A DNA stretch of 64,000 bases, taken from assembly GCA_965248305.1 (NCBI GenBank), contig OZ252099.1, forward strand, positions 3,117,502-3,181,501, given 5' to 3'. The stretch's first letter is position 1. The number at the start of each line of letters is the position of its first letter. This DNA is from Bryobacterales bacterium. GTDB lineage: Bacteria; Acidobacteriota; Terriglobia; Bryobacterales; UBA6623. A program made the position numbers and the translations under genes. Of this stretch, positions 39,428 to 48,421 are shown in pieces. Under the pieces are notes generated by a model. It ran no database searches. It was not told where the DNA came from and worked only from the letters and a program-made list of their open reading frames with translations.

Positions 39428-40375
39428 TTACGCACCAGCCCCAGCCAAAGTTAGGAGGCGGTAGGGTAGGGGCGGAGTGCGCACGGCGACATAGGCGAGG
39501 CGGGGCACGAGATCGACCAGCTGGTAGCGGCGGTTGAAGCGGTAGGCGAATTCGGCGAGGTAGCGCCCCGCGTAACGCGCGGCGCAGGCGTGATAGGTGC
39601 CGTCCATCGCCCGCTTGACGTTGCCCAGCAGCGTGTTCACCCAGATCAGCCCGGGCGTCTCGCAGCTGCCCTTGCCACCTCCGGTGACGCGCGGCTGGTG
39701 CGTGCAGCGGGCCGCCTGCACCCCCCGGAAGCAGGCCAGCCCGTCCGCCCGTACGATGGTCCCCGGCCATAGGTGCTGCTGCGCCCAGGCTTGCACTGCG
39801 CGGCGGCGGAAACCAACCACCGGGCTCAGCCGCAGCCGCTGCGGCCGCCCGTCCTCAGTGACTTGGGCCGCCGCCAGGAAGGGCGTCTTGCGGTCCGCGC
39901 CGCGACCGCGCTTGCCGCCGCTGGCTGCCCCGCCCAGATCGGCGGCGTCCAGCTCCACGAGGCCCCCCAGCGGCTGGCTGTCATCCCGCTCGCGCATCGC
40001 CTGCATCAGTTTGTGCTGGAGCATCCAAGCCGTGTTGTAGCTCACGCCCAACTGGCGCAGCAGGTCCATCGCCGAGATGCCATTCTTGGATTGCGTGAGC
40101 AAGTAGATCGCCAGGTACCAAGTGGTCAGCGGCAGCTTGGTGTGCTCGAACACGGTGTCGGCGGTCAGCGAGACCTGCCGCTGGCAGCGGATGCACTGGA
40201 AGACCTTGCGGGTGTGCAGCTGGCAGTCCTTGTGCTAGCCGCAGGCGGGGCAGCGGAAGCCCTGCGGCCAGCGCGCTTGGAACACCGCTTGGGCGCATTG
40301 CAGCTCGGTTCCGTAGAGCTTGAGGAAGTCGCGCAGGCTCTGTCCTTTCTGGAACTGGACGTGGTTCTTAGGCAT
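39428..40375 (-). pseudogene. IS1595-family (ISXO2-like) transposase with an in-frame amber stop
   Basis: MPKNHVQFQKGQSLRDFLKLYGTELQCAQAVFQARWPQGFRCPACG is followed by TAG (40235-40237). The frame continues as HKDCQLHTRKVFQCIRCQRQVSLTADTVFEHTKLPLTTWYLAIYLL..DDE region (track ORFs 40235-40453 and 39428-40153, same frame). Confidence 0.8.
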
Positions 40376-40587
40376 GTAGAACTCCTTTGTTATCAGATAT
40401 TTATTATACATTCCACAGCGATTTAAGTCAACCGGATCGAAGCCCGAATCCAAAAAATTTCCGGCTCCTAAATGCGGCTGAGAGTCCTCGGTAATCAGGT
40501 TAACTTAAGGGGGAGGGGCCTGAGGGCAGTCCGTTTTGCAGGTTCCGGGCACTCAGGTCAAGGGCATCGGGGTTGGCATCGAAGCAG

Positions 40588-42831
40588 CTAGGTTGTCGCC
40601 GCCTTGCGCCGGGACCATTTCGGGGCCGGCTGCAGCGAGCGCCGCTGGTACGAGCGGTTGGGACGCGGCTTGCGCCGACCCGTCCCGACCCACGCACAGA
40701 TACGTTCGAGTGTCTCGCCGACATACGCGGAGTGGCGCAACAGCAGACCCTCCAGATGCTGTGCCAGCGCGGCCAGGCTGTGCTTGAAGTTGGCCTGCGG
40801 CGCCGACTTGCCGTCCGGCTGCCGGGCTGCTTGGCACCGCTCCGCGTCCCGGTTGGTGAACGGCCGGGTCATCGCAATCAAGTTGAAATGGGCGAACAAC
40901 TCTTGCTTCACCAGGCGCTCGCTCCGGCCGTGAAACTGCTGGACCTCCAGGAACGATTTGCTTATTTTGTACATCTCTTCAATGCCCCACCGCGCGTGGT
41001 ACAGGTCGGACAGGTCGGCGACGCTGTAGCGGCGGCTGTCGAGCAAGGTGGTGCCCAGCACGTACTTGGTCGTGGCGTGCGTGTACTTGACGAGGCGCAG
41101 CGGGAGGGGCTGCCAGTGCGTGCCGGGATACTTGCGGGACAGGGTCCGCAGGGTATCGGGGCCGGGCAGGATGGTGACGAGCGTGTCGGGGCCGTCGCCG
41201 TCGATGAAGGCATCGATGGCGGGGCAGACGCTACGGGGGAGGCGGAAGACGGCCTGCAGTCGGCGCCGCCGGTGGGTCCAGAGCAGTTCGAACGAGTAGT
41301 AGCCGCGGTCGTAGACGACCAGGTCGGGGGCGGCCAGGGCCTGCAGATGGGCCAGTGCGGCGGCGCGCTCGTTGCGGTGGGGGAAGAGGTCGAAGTCGAC
41401 CGGGAGCCGGGACTGCAGGCGCAGCAGGCAGCTGAGCAGGCCCTGCGGGTAGTGGGCGTGCGGGCCGGGCTGGTCGTAGCCGGCGGCGGCCAGCGGGCGC
41501 GGCAGGTTGAGCTTGGAGCCGTCGACGGCGAAGACGCGGTGGCCCAGCCAGAGCGGCCCGGGCTGGTCGGCGCGCCGCAGGATCTCGGCGTGGAACTGCC
41601 GGAAGACCTGGGCGTCAATCCGCGGCCGGGCCTTGCACATGGCCGCGTCGGAGACCGGCTGCGGTTGCGGCAGGGGCACGTCCAGGGCGCGGCACTGGGC
41701 CCACAGCTGGGACAGCGTCGTGGTGTAGCCCTGGCGGCGCGGGGCGAACACGAGGCGGAACACGAATAGCATCACCAGCAGCGTGTTGAGGACGCGGCTG
41801 CGCACTTGCCAGAGTTTGTCGTGAGCGGCGGCGATGGCGCTGAGAGCGCCGATCAGGCCCTGCCAGAGGGCGACGAAGTCCGCGTCGGGGGCCTGCGGCT
41901 GCGCCGCCGGCGGCGGCCGTCGCCGGGCCTGCGGGCGCGGCCCGTGCAGCAGGATCGAGCGGAACGGCTTCGTCAGCGGGTAGACATACACATCCTTGGG
42001 GCTGCGCCCGGCGTCGGCACGGCCCTGGGTCTGGCCGAGATGGATCCAGTTGGCGGCGCGGTAGCAGGTGCCGTGGAAGCGCGGGGTTTCGCAGAAGGTT
42101 TCGAGCAGCACCGGCCGCGTGCCATAGCGCCGCTGCCAGTCCGTCGGCAGCTGGCGGGCTGCCAGCCCCAGCGCGTGACTCGCCAGGTTCGGGACCTGCA
42201 CCCAAGGAAACAGCAAGAAGCGCGGCTGGCCGACCACGAGGTCGAGGTGCTTCTTGTACTCCCCGGCAGGCCAGCCGACCCACTCATCGCGGCAAGCCAG
42301 CGAGCGGCTCGCCTGGCTGAACAGCACACAGCCCAGCCGGCGCCCGTGCCGGTCGAGCAGGAAGTAGCGCAGGTGCGGGCCCAGCGGCTGGCGGTAGCCG
42401 AGGTAGTGGTGCCGCTCGATGAATTCGTTCCAGAGTTGGGTGTCCTCCTGCTGCTCGACCAGCTGCAGGCACAGCGGCTGCAGGGCCCGCAGGCTGGTCG
42501 CGATCAGCGGCTGGGGAGCGGTGCGCGGGGTCGCGGCCACCGGCTGCCGCGGTCCCGGGCGCAGGTTCTGCGTGTGCTTGGGCGGCAGCGTCAGGATGCC
42601 GGCCTGCTCCAGCTGTTCCAGCAGGCCCAGGGCGGTCGCGACTCGGTTGCCGCCAGCGGCCGTGCGCCAGTTGAGGTGCTCGCAGATCGTCTCCGCCAGT
42701 TCCTGGCGGCTCAGGGCCGGGAACGTGGCCACCGTCTGCTGGATATCGGCGATCTGCCGGCGCGTGAATCGTCTGCCGAAGAAGGTAGTGGACTTGAGCT
42801 TCTCGATGCGGGGGTCCATGACAGCCACCAA
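40588..42831 (-). CDS. Fusion protein: N-terminal DUF4338 (DruA-like) domain + C-terminal IS4-family DDE transposase
   Basis: 747 aa. The N-terminal half has ..WNEFIERHHYLGYRQPLGPHLRYFLLD..GCVLFSQASRSLACRDEWVGW..FLLFPWVQVPNLASHALG..LLETFCETPRFHGTCYRAANW (DUF4338 pattern). The C-terminal half has ..VFAVDGSKLNLP..VVYDRGYYSFEL..DLYHARWGIEEMYKISK (the IS4 Y-x2-R-x3-E-x6-K signature). Confidence 0.8.
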   Translation of the reverse strand: MVAVMDPRIEKLKSTTFFGRRFTRRQIADIQQTVATFPALSRQELAETICEHLNWRTAAGGNRVATALGLLEQLEQAGILTLPPKHTQNLRPGPRQPVAATPRTAPQPLIATSLRALQPLCLQLVEQQEDTQLWNEFIERHHYLGYRQPLGPHLRYFLLDRHGRRLGCVLFSQASRSLACRDEWVGWPAGEYKKHLDLVVGQPRFLLFPWVQVPNLASHALGLAARQLPTDWQRRYGTRPVLLETFCETPRFHGTCYRAANWIHLGQTQGRADAGRSPKDVYVYPLTKPFRSILLHGPRPQARRRPPPAAQPQAPDADFVALWQGLIGALSAIAAAHDKLWQVRSRVLNTLLVMLFVFRLVFAPRRQGYTTTLSQLWAQCRALDVPLPQPQPVSDAAMCKARPRIDAQVFRQFHAEILRRADQPGPLWLGHRVFAVDGSKLNLPRPLAAAGYDQPGPHAHYPQGLLSCLLRLQSRLPVDFDLFPHRNERAAALAHLQALAAPDLVVYDRGYYSFELLWTHRRRRLQAVFRLPRSVCPAIDAFIDGDGPDTLVTILPGPDTLRTLSRKYPGTHWQPLPLRLVKYTHATTKYVLGTTLLDSRRYSVADLSDLYHARWGIEEMYKISKSFLEVQQFHGRSERLVKQELFAHFNLIAMTRPFTNRDAERCQAARQPDGKSAPQANFKHSLAALAQHLEGLLLRHSAYVGETLERICAWVGTGRRKPRPNRSYQRRSLQPAPKWSRRKAATT

Positions 42832-42984
42832 GGAACCTGTTCTTGGTTACCATCCCAAATCCGGGCTCGCATGTCAAGGGGATTGTTGCGATCCTTCAAG
42901 AGAATCTGCAAGTGCACTCGAATCAACGCATTGGAGGTCTGCTGAGAAATCTAGATTCCGACTAGCCTATTTCAGTGCCATTGA

Positions 42985-43395
42985 GTGCCGGAGGGGCCGG
43001 AGCGCAACTGGAAGGGCAAGGACGAGGAGCGGCGGCGGTACGCAGAGAACGAGGAGCGGGCGGGCAGCGCGCAGGGCAAGGAGTTGTCGAAGCTGCGGAC
43101 GGAGAAGGCGGAGCGCTCGATGGCACACATGTACGAGACGGGGGGAATGCGGCGGCTGTGGCTGCGGGGCCTGGACAACGTGAGGAAGCGGGTGCTAATC
43201 CACGCCTGCGGATACAATCTCGGAGTGCTGATGCGGGGGCTGACGGGGAGCGGTACGCCGCGGAGCCTGCAAGGACAGGGCAGTCGGCCACGATTTGCGC
43301 TCTTTGCGGCCCTGAGAACGGCGATTTCGCGGCTTCTGGACCGCTTTCCGGGCATTGCAGGGCGATTGGGGCACGATCTGTCCAAGATCTGCTGA
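42985..43395 (+). pseudogene. C-terminal fragment of an IS5/IS1182-group DDE transposase
   Basis: ..AERSMAHMYETGGMRRLWLRGLDNVRKRVLIHACGYNLGVLMR.. matches the conserved C-terminal block of these transposases. No catalytic N-terminal part is present. Confidence 0.65.
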
Positions 43396-43535
43396 GATTC
43401 CGGCTGAGAGGCCGTCATTCGCCTCACCGCGCCGCAGCCACTATCCCTGCTCGGACCCCGAATTTATCAACGGGCTGCTAGCTGCCTAGGATCTCGAAAA
43501 CCCGCCGCCAGGGGACGCCGTCGCAGCTCGGAAGC

Positions 43536-43763
43536 TTAAGTCACTGCCATTGCCTGGCCGCTACCGCGCTCGACGGCAATGTCATACTGCCCGGCGACTT
43601 GCCGGTAGCGTTCCTTGAGCCGTCCCAGCCGTTCCAGCACCTTGTCGTAGCGCTTCGTGCAGCCCTTGCGGGCCAGCCCCGCGTGCAGCGCCCGGAACAG
43701 GCGGACCCACAGGCTGTGATCAATGCCGGGCTTGAGGTTCAGGATGCCGAAAGCCATGCCCAT
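43536..43763 (-). pseudogene. Transposase-like fragment (possibly IS1634 group)
   Basis: ..KRYDKVLERLGRLKERYRQVAGQYDIAVE.. resembles an internal block I associate with IS1634-type transposases. It is isolated, and an in-frame TAG lies just upstream (43782-43784). Confidence 0.3.
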
Positions 43764-44118
43764 CGTCTCTTGGCTGAGGAACTAGTTGTTGGCGGTTTCG
43801 AGGTACGTCATGCCCGCCCGCACGGCCTTTACCACGACCTGCACGGCTTCATCGCCGGGCAGGTCCCACTGGATCTGGTTGCCGCCGGCCAGGCCGAAGG
43901 TGGTCACTTCCCGGCCGGTGCGTCACAGCAAGAGCGTCGCCAGCGGCTCTTCGGCGGGATGCGACCAAACTTCAAACTTGACGCTGAACGGCAGGAACAT
44001 GGTCGCCATCGCCGCGCCGCTCGCCCAGCGAACCGCATCGCGCCTCGAGTATTCTTTCCCAAACGGGCGAGCGAGGGGCGAATGGTCGGGATCGGCCGAC
44101 TGGCTAAGCTAGTTGGGT

Positions 44119-44859
44119 ATGGCGAAGTCCGATCCGGGCTGCGACCTCCTGGTCTTCTCGGCCCATCCCGACGATGCCGAACTGTGCTGCGGCGGCCTGC
44201 TGCTGGTGGCCGCGGCCAAGGGCTGGAAGACGGGCGTGGTTGACTTGACGCGAGGCGAAGCCGGCAGCCTCGGAACGCCAGAAACGCGGCTGAGCGAGGC
44301 TCGCCGTGCGGGTGATATCCTCGGCTTGGCGCACCGGCGCAACCTGGGGCTCGCGGACGGTCACCTGCGCGACACCGATGCAAACCGCAGGCTGATCGTG
44401 GAGACCGTCCGCGATCTGATGCCGGAGGTGGTGGTCGGCCCTCCCCGCGAGGACCACCACCCTGATCACATGGCAACCGCCGAGCTCTTGCGCCAGAGCT
44501 TGTTTCTGTGCGGGGTGAGGAAGTATGCTCCGGGCAGCCCGCCGTGGAGACCCAAGGCCCTCTTGCAGCACTTTGGCAGCCGGGCCGTTGCCCCACAGCT
44601 AGTCGTCGACATTTCGGATGTCTTCGAACAGCGAATGAAGGCTGTCCGGGTGTACGAATCGCAATTCGGCGTCGACCAGCCCGCGCACTTCCCGGTGCGC
44701 CTGGCCTCGTCACGATTCCTCAAGTCCATCGAAGCGACCTTGGCGTACTACGGCTCGCTCATCGGCGTCGCCTACGGCGAGCCATTCACCAGTGAAGTCC
44801 CTATTCCAGTCCACGATCTCGTCGGGCTGTTCAGCAACGAGCCATGGAAAGACCGCTGA
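44119..44859 (+). CDS. bshB1: Bacillithiol biosynthesis deacetylase BshB1 (PIG-L/LmbE family)
   Basis: ..LLVFSAHPDDAELCCGG..VVDLTRGEAGS..HHPDHMATAELL..VYESQF.. is collinear with B. subtilis BshB1. It lies directly upstream of bshA. The track start is TTG 44113; ATG 44119 is more likely. Confidence 0.8.
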   Translation: MAKSDPGCDLLVFSAHPDDAELCCGGLLLVAAAKGWKTGVVDLTRGEAGSLGTPETRLSEARRAGDILGLAHRRNLGLADGHLRDTDANRRLIVETVRDLMPEVVVGPPREDHHPDHMATAELLRQSLFLCGVRKYAPGSPPWRPKALLQHFGSRAVAPQLVVDISDVFEQRMKAVRVYESQFGVDQPAHFPVRLASSRFLKSIEATLAYYGSLIGVAYGEPFTSEVPIPVHDLVGLFSNEPWKDR

Positions 44860-45977
44860 CGGTTGCCATCATTTGCCACCCGACTCTGGGCGGCAGTGGG
44901 GTCGTGGCCACGGACCTTGGCATGGCGCTGGCCGAGAGAGGCCACACGATCCATATCGTCAGCCACCGGCGCCCGGTCCGAGCCTCCACGCCCCATCCGC
45001 GGGTTCGCTTCCACGAAGTGCCGGTCACGCGGTATCCGCTGTTCACGTATCCGCCCTACACCTTGGCCTTGGCCACGAAACTGGCAGCGCTGTGTCGCGA
45101 AGAGCCGATTGACGTGCTCCACGCCCACTATGCAATCCCGCACGCCGTGAGCGCGTATCTCTGCTGCCAGATGCTGGGCCGCCGCGCGCCAAAGATCGTG
45201 ACCACGCTGCACGGTACGGACATCACTTTGGTCGGACTCGATGATTCCTTCTACGAGATCACACGCTTCAGCCTGCTCGAAAGCGATGGAGTCACGGCCG
45301 TGTCAAACTACCTTACCAGGCAGGTGAAGGTTCGCTTCAACTTCGAAGGCGAAGTCACGACGATCCATAACTTCGTCGATCTGGAGCGATTCTCGCCCTC
45401 CAATCGCGACGGCAACGCGCGGTCCCGCTTCGCCTGCGGAGACGAGGCCTTGGTGGGGCACCTGTCGAACTTTCGGTGGGTAAAGCGCGTCCCGGACGTC
45501 GTCAAGGCGTTTCACCGCATCGTGCGGCACGTTCCCGCTTGCTTGCTGATGATCGGCGACGGTCCCGACTTGCAGGCTGTAAAGGTGGTGGCGGACGAGT
45601 TGGGCCTGCTGGACAGGATCGAATTCCTAGGCTCCGAGCAGGATGCGTCGGAGGTGCTGCCGGAGCTAGACCTCTTTCTGCTTCCGAGTGAGCAGGAGAG
45701 CTTCGGACTGGCCGCCTTGGAGGCCATGGCCTGTGGCGTGCCCGTGATCGCCTCTAATGTCGGCGGTTTGCCGGAACTTGTGACCGAAGGCGAGGCCGGC
45801 CACTTGTTTCCAGTAGGGGAGGTGGCGGCCATGGGTGAGAAGGCAGCGGAGATCCTCGCCGACAGGGAACAGCACGGACGGCTGAAAATCGGGGCGCGCC
45901 GACGGGCCGAAGACTTTCGGCCGGCCGGGCTTGTCGATCGCTACGAAGTGGTCTATAGGGCCGTGCTATCGCGGTAG
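44844..45977 (+). CDS. bshA: N-acetyl-alpha-D-glucosaminyl L-malate synthase BshA (GT4 glycosyltransferase)
   Basis: 377 aa with ..CHPTLGGSGVVATDLGMALAERGHTIHIVS..FHEVPV..YPPYTLALATKLA..DVLHAHYAIPHAVSAYL..IVTTLHGTDITLVG..SEQESFGLAALEAMACGVPVIASNVGGLPE... Similarity to B. subtilis BshA runs the full length. It overlaps the bshB1 end by 16 nt. Confidence 0.85.
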   Translation: MERPLTVAIICHPTLGGSGVVATDLGMALAERGHTIHIVSHRRPVRASTPHPRVRFHEVPVTRYPLFTYPPYTLALATKLAALCREEPIDVLHAHYAIPHAVSAYLCCQMLGRRAPKIVTTLHGTDITLVGLDDSFYEITRFSLLESDGVTAVSNYLTRQVKVRFNFEGEVTTIHNFVDLERFSPSNRDGNARSRFACGDEALVGHLSNFRWVKRVPDVVKAFHRIVRHVPACLLMIGDGPDLQAVKVVADELGLLDRIEFLGSEQDASEVLPELDLFLLPSEQESFGLAALEAMACGVPVIASNVGGLPELVTEGEAGHLFPVGEVAAMGEKAAEILADREQHGRLKIGARRRAEDFRPAGLVDRYEVVYRAVLSR

Positions 45978-46010
45978 CACTCCGAGGACCGCTGATATCG
46001 AGGTCAGCAA

Positions 46011-46307
46011 ATGCTTGCTCTCGCCCAGAGCCTGCATCGCTTACCGTGTCGACGACCGCACCGAAATTCGGACTGGATTCGGATCAACTACAGCCCGCTG
46101 CCGTTCTTCCGGCCGATGCGCGGTCAATACCCGATCACAGTCGCGCTCGATTTCCAACGCCCGGATGCTTTCGAGCTATTCAGGTCGCTATCGGACGGTA
46201 TCCCGCCACTGGTCGGGCCGGACCTTGAGCAAGGAGTGATTGACGTGCCGGCCACGGCTGGATTCCGTAGTGCGTTGGATGGCAAACTGGAGCACGGCTA
46301 TTACTAG
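46011..46307 (+). pseudogene. Possible C-terminal remnant of an outer-membrane beta-barrel (TonB-dependent-receptor-like) protein
   Basis: Two frames together read ..AYRVDDRTEIRTGFG / INYSPLPFFRPMRGQYPITVALDFQRP...GKLEHGYY*, reminiscent of the last strands of such barrels. There is no upstream body. Weak call. Confidence 0.25.
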
Positions 46308-46554
46308 TGTCCGGTTCGTGAACCTAGGACCGGTCATAGGTTGTTGATGAATATGTAGTTACAAGGAACCTTGGGTGTCCGCGACTTGAGCTCTGTGGGG
46401 TGATTGTGCCTTGCGTTGTCGCGACAGCCGGACGGATTGAACCTGCATGCGGTGGTCCGGTTTGTTTAGACAGCTGATCGGTGAATTTAAGGTGGACTTC
46501 GCTACTACTCTGAACTACCGACCGCAGTGATTGTACCTCAATACCCGGTCATCA

Positions 46555-47388
46555 TCATCCCGTCTCCTTCCTTGCTTTCCCGGCTGCTGATGAGGGTTGC
46601 CGGACTGCTCCGGACGGGTCTGCCTGTTCCAAATCTGGACAGGCACTTCCGGGTGCTTCCCCCCGTCGGTCGCCCCCGAGCCGCTCGCATTGGCGGAGGT
46701 TGAACTCCAGGTGCTGCCAGTACGTTGCCGGGAACGACTCCGTCCGCACTTCCTCCAGCAGGCTGGCAAAATAGCGCAGGCTGCGCACCGGCTCCCCACC
46801 CGGCCGATCGAGCAGGCTCATCGACTTGCGGACACTGCCCAGCAGAATCGCCCGGCGCACCGTCTCCAGCGGCACTCCTGCTCGGTGCCAGTCCGTCGCC
46901 AGGCGCTCGTCAGCCGGCCCGAACAGGCCCTGTACGCACGCCGGCTTCCGGAACATCCTCCGGACTTCGGCGACATACGCGCTGGCGTCCAGGCCCAGGC
47001 TCTGCGGATCCGGCTCCTGGCCGGCCGCCTCCGCCTGGACTTCGTACGGCCAGTACTCCGGGCGCACCCGTAGCCACGAGCGACGGTGCTGGTTCGGCGC
47101 CGCTTCCCACTCGCACACCCCCTTGGCCGCCAGCTCGCGCAGGCAGCGTCCCAGCGTCGAACGGCTCTTGCCCACCTCCCGGGCCAGCCCGTCCCGCTCG
47201 AACTCCAGGCAGCCGTCGGCCCGCCCGGCCCGCAGACACACGTACGCGAACACCTTGAACGCCGCGTCACTGAGCCGACCGAGCGCTCGCTCGAAGCCCG
47301 GGCCGGCGGCAAACCAACCCCGGCTGCCTCGCTTCAATCGCACCTTCGGCTTCATGTCACACCCCCTCTCGTCTGCAGCGCTTCCCAC
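46555..47388 (-). CDS. Hypothetical winged-helix (replication/regulator-like) protein of a mobile element
   Basis: 277 aa (alternative start MKPKVRL at 47355). ..FKVFAYVCLRAGRADGCLEFERDGLAREVGKSRSTLGRCLRELAAKGVCEW.. looks like a wHTH. No family assigned. Confidence 0.5.
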   Translation of the reverse strand: MGSAADERGCDMKPKVRLKRGSRGWFAAGPGFERALGRLSDAAFKVFAYVCLRAGRADGCLEFERDGLAREVGKSRSTLGRCLRELAAKGVCEWEAAPNQHRRSWLRVRPEYWPYEVQAEAAGQEPDPQSLGLDASAYVAEVRRMFRKPACVQGLFGPADERLATDWHRAGVPLETVRRAILLGSVRKSMSLLDRPGGEPVRSLRYFASLLEEVRTESFPATYWQHLEFNLRQCERLGGDRRGEAPGSACPDLEQADPSGAVRQPSSAAGKARKETG

Positions 47389-47445
47389 GGCGTCCGTCCT
47401 CCCAACGCGGAATGCGGCCGTTCGAAGTTATAGAACTCAACTCTC
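47352..47445 (-). pseudogene. IS3-family OrfB (rve integrase core) C-terminal stub
   Basis: ..VEFYNFERPHSALGGRTPWEALQ..* is the canonical end of IS3/rve transposases. The upstream part of the listed ORF 47352-48005 is not transposase-like. Confidence 0.55.
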
Positions 47446-47470
47446 GAACACCCACAGCACCGATGGCAGG

Positions 47471-48060
47471 GTTCTGTACGAGTTCCACCCTTGGACTGGG
47501 CGGGATGTCTTCTTTGACCGCATGGTGGAAAGGGGCGGTGTTCCTGCGGCCCATTGCCGGCTGGTCGGTTGTGAGCCCTGCCTACCTCTGGAAGTGCCGC
47601 TGTGGATGTTCGATCGGCGAGCCTGCTCGATGGTTCGTCGCCTGGAGCGTCCGCAAGTCGACCTGACTGCGCTCCAGGCGCTACGGAGCTTGCTGGACAG
47701 GGCCGTCCGCGGCGATGGGCGCGAACCCGGTCCCCCATCGAAGGTTCTTGAAGGTCAGGCAGACTTGTTGTCTTGCGACCGCAATCCAGGAGCCGATCAT
47801 GCACCCATCCCGGCGGAAGCCCGCCCAGTTGCCCCTGTTCCCTCGTCCGAACGGCAGCGACCCGCCCAACACGCCTCCATGGCAGAGCTTGCCGAGCCAG
47901 ACGCGTCGGCGAGCGACCGCCTTGCTGACGCGCCTGTTTCTGGCACATCTCCGGCACCAGTCCGGCGAGATGCCGCGGGACGAGGATAGCGATGATGTCT
48001 GACAAGATCCAACGCCATCACCGGGAACGCAAGGCGGTCCTGTATGTCCGCTCATCTGCC
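47471..48060 (+). pseudogene. Remnant of a serine-recombinase mobile element: Y4bD/Y4pK-like ORF without a start, a small ORF, and the first ~22 codons of a large serine recombinase
   Basis: VLYEFHPWTGRDVFFDRMVERGGVPAAHCRLVGCEPCLPLEVPLWMFDRRACSMVRRLERPQVDLTALQALRSLLD has a Y4bD-like pattern. MHPSRRKPAQLPLF..WQSLPSQTRRRATALLTRLFL.. is a small ORF from 47799. MMSDKIQRHHRERKAVLYVRSS (47992-) is a resolvase/large serine recombinase N-terminus that breaks off near 48055. Confidence 0.45.
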
Positions 48061-48330
48061 GGCTGCCGTAGAACGGATGCGCCGTGTACAACTCGTCGAT
48101 CCGTCGCATCAGCGCCAGGGTCTCCGTATCCGGCTCCCGTGCACGGTAATACAGGCTCGAGCGGCACCGCCCCAGCAGCCGGCATTGCAGGCTGAGGCTC
48201 GCCTGCGGGTGGCCCCGTTGGATCAAGCTCTTGCGCGTGGCCCGGCTCAGCGTTCCCACGCGCTGCGCAAAAAATGGGGCTTATATATTGCGCCAAGCAA
48301 AGCTTGGTGAAGGAGGAAGCTATGTAAGGA
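48050..48330 (-). pseudogene. IS3-family remnant: orfA tail and OrfB N-terminus
   Basis: ..GTLSRATRKSLIQRGHPQASLSLQCRLLGRCRSSLYYRAREPDTETLALMRRIDELYTAHPFYGSRQM.. is a typical IS3 OrfB N-terminus (track ORF 47681-48259). An APFFAQ-type orfA end lies just upstream. The catalytic middle part is missing. Confidence 0.6.
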
Positions 48331-48421
48331 AACAAGCAGGGCGGAAACCTTCTTAGCGACCCAGCAGGTGCAGGACCTGACCGGCCAAGGCTGGCCACCA
48401 GCCGGAACCGAGTGTTGCGTG

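Noticed and set aside
25799-42831. Druantia-like combination, because a DUF1998 helicase and a DUF4338 domain occur in the same window.
   Set aside because: They are 12 kb apart on opposite strands. The DUF4338 domain is fused to a transposase. The helicase is MrfA-sized (~800 aa, not DruE-sized) and paired with an MrfB-like exonuclease next to dnaG.
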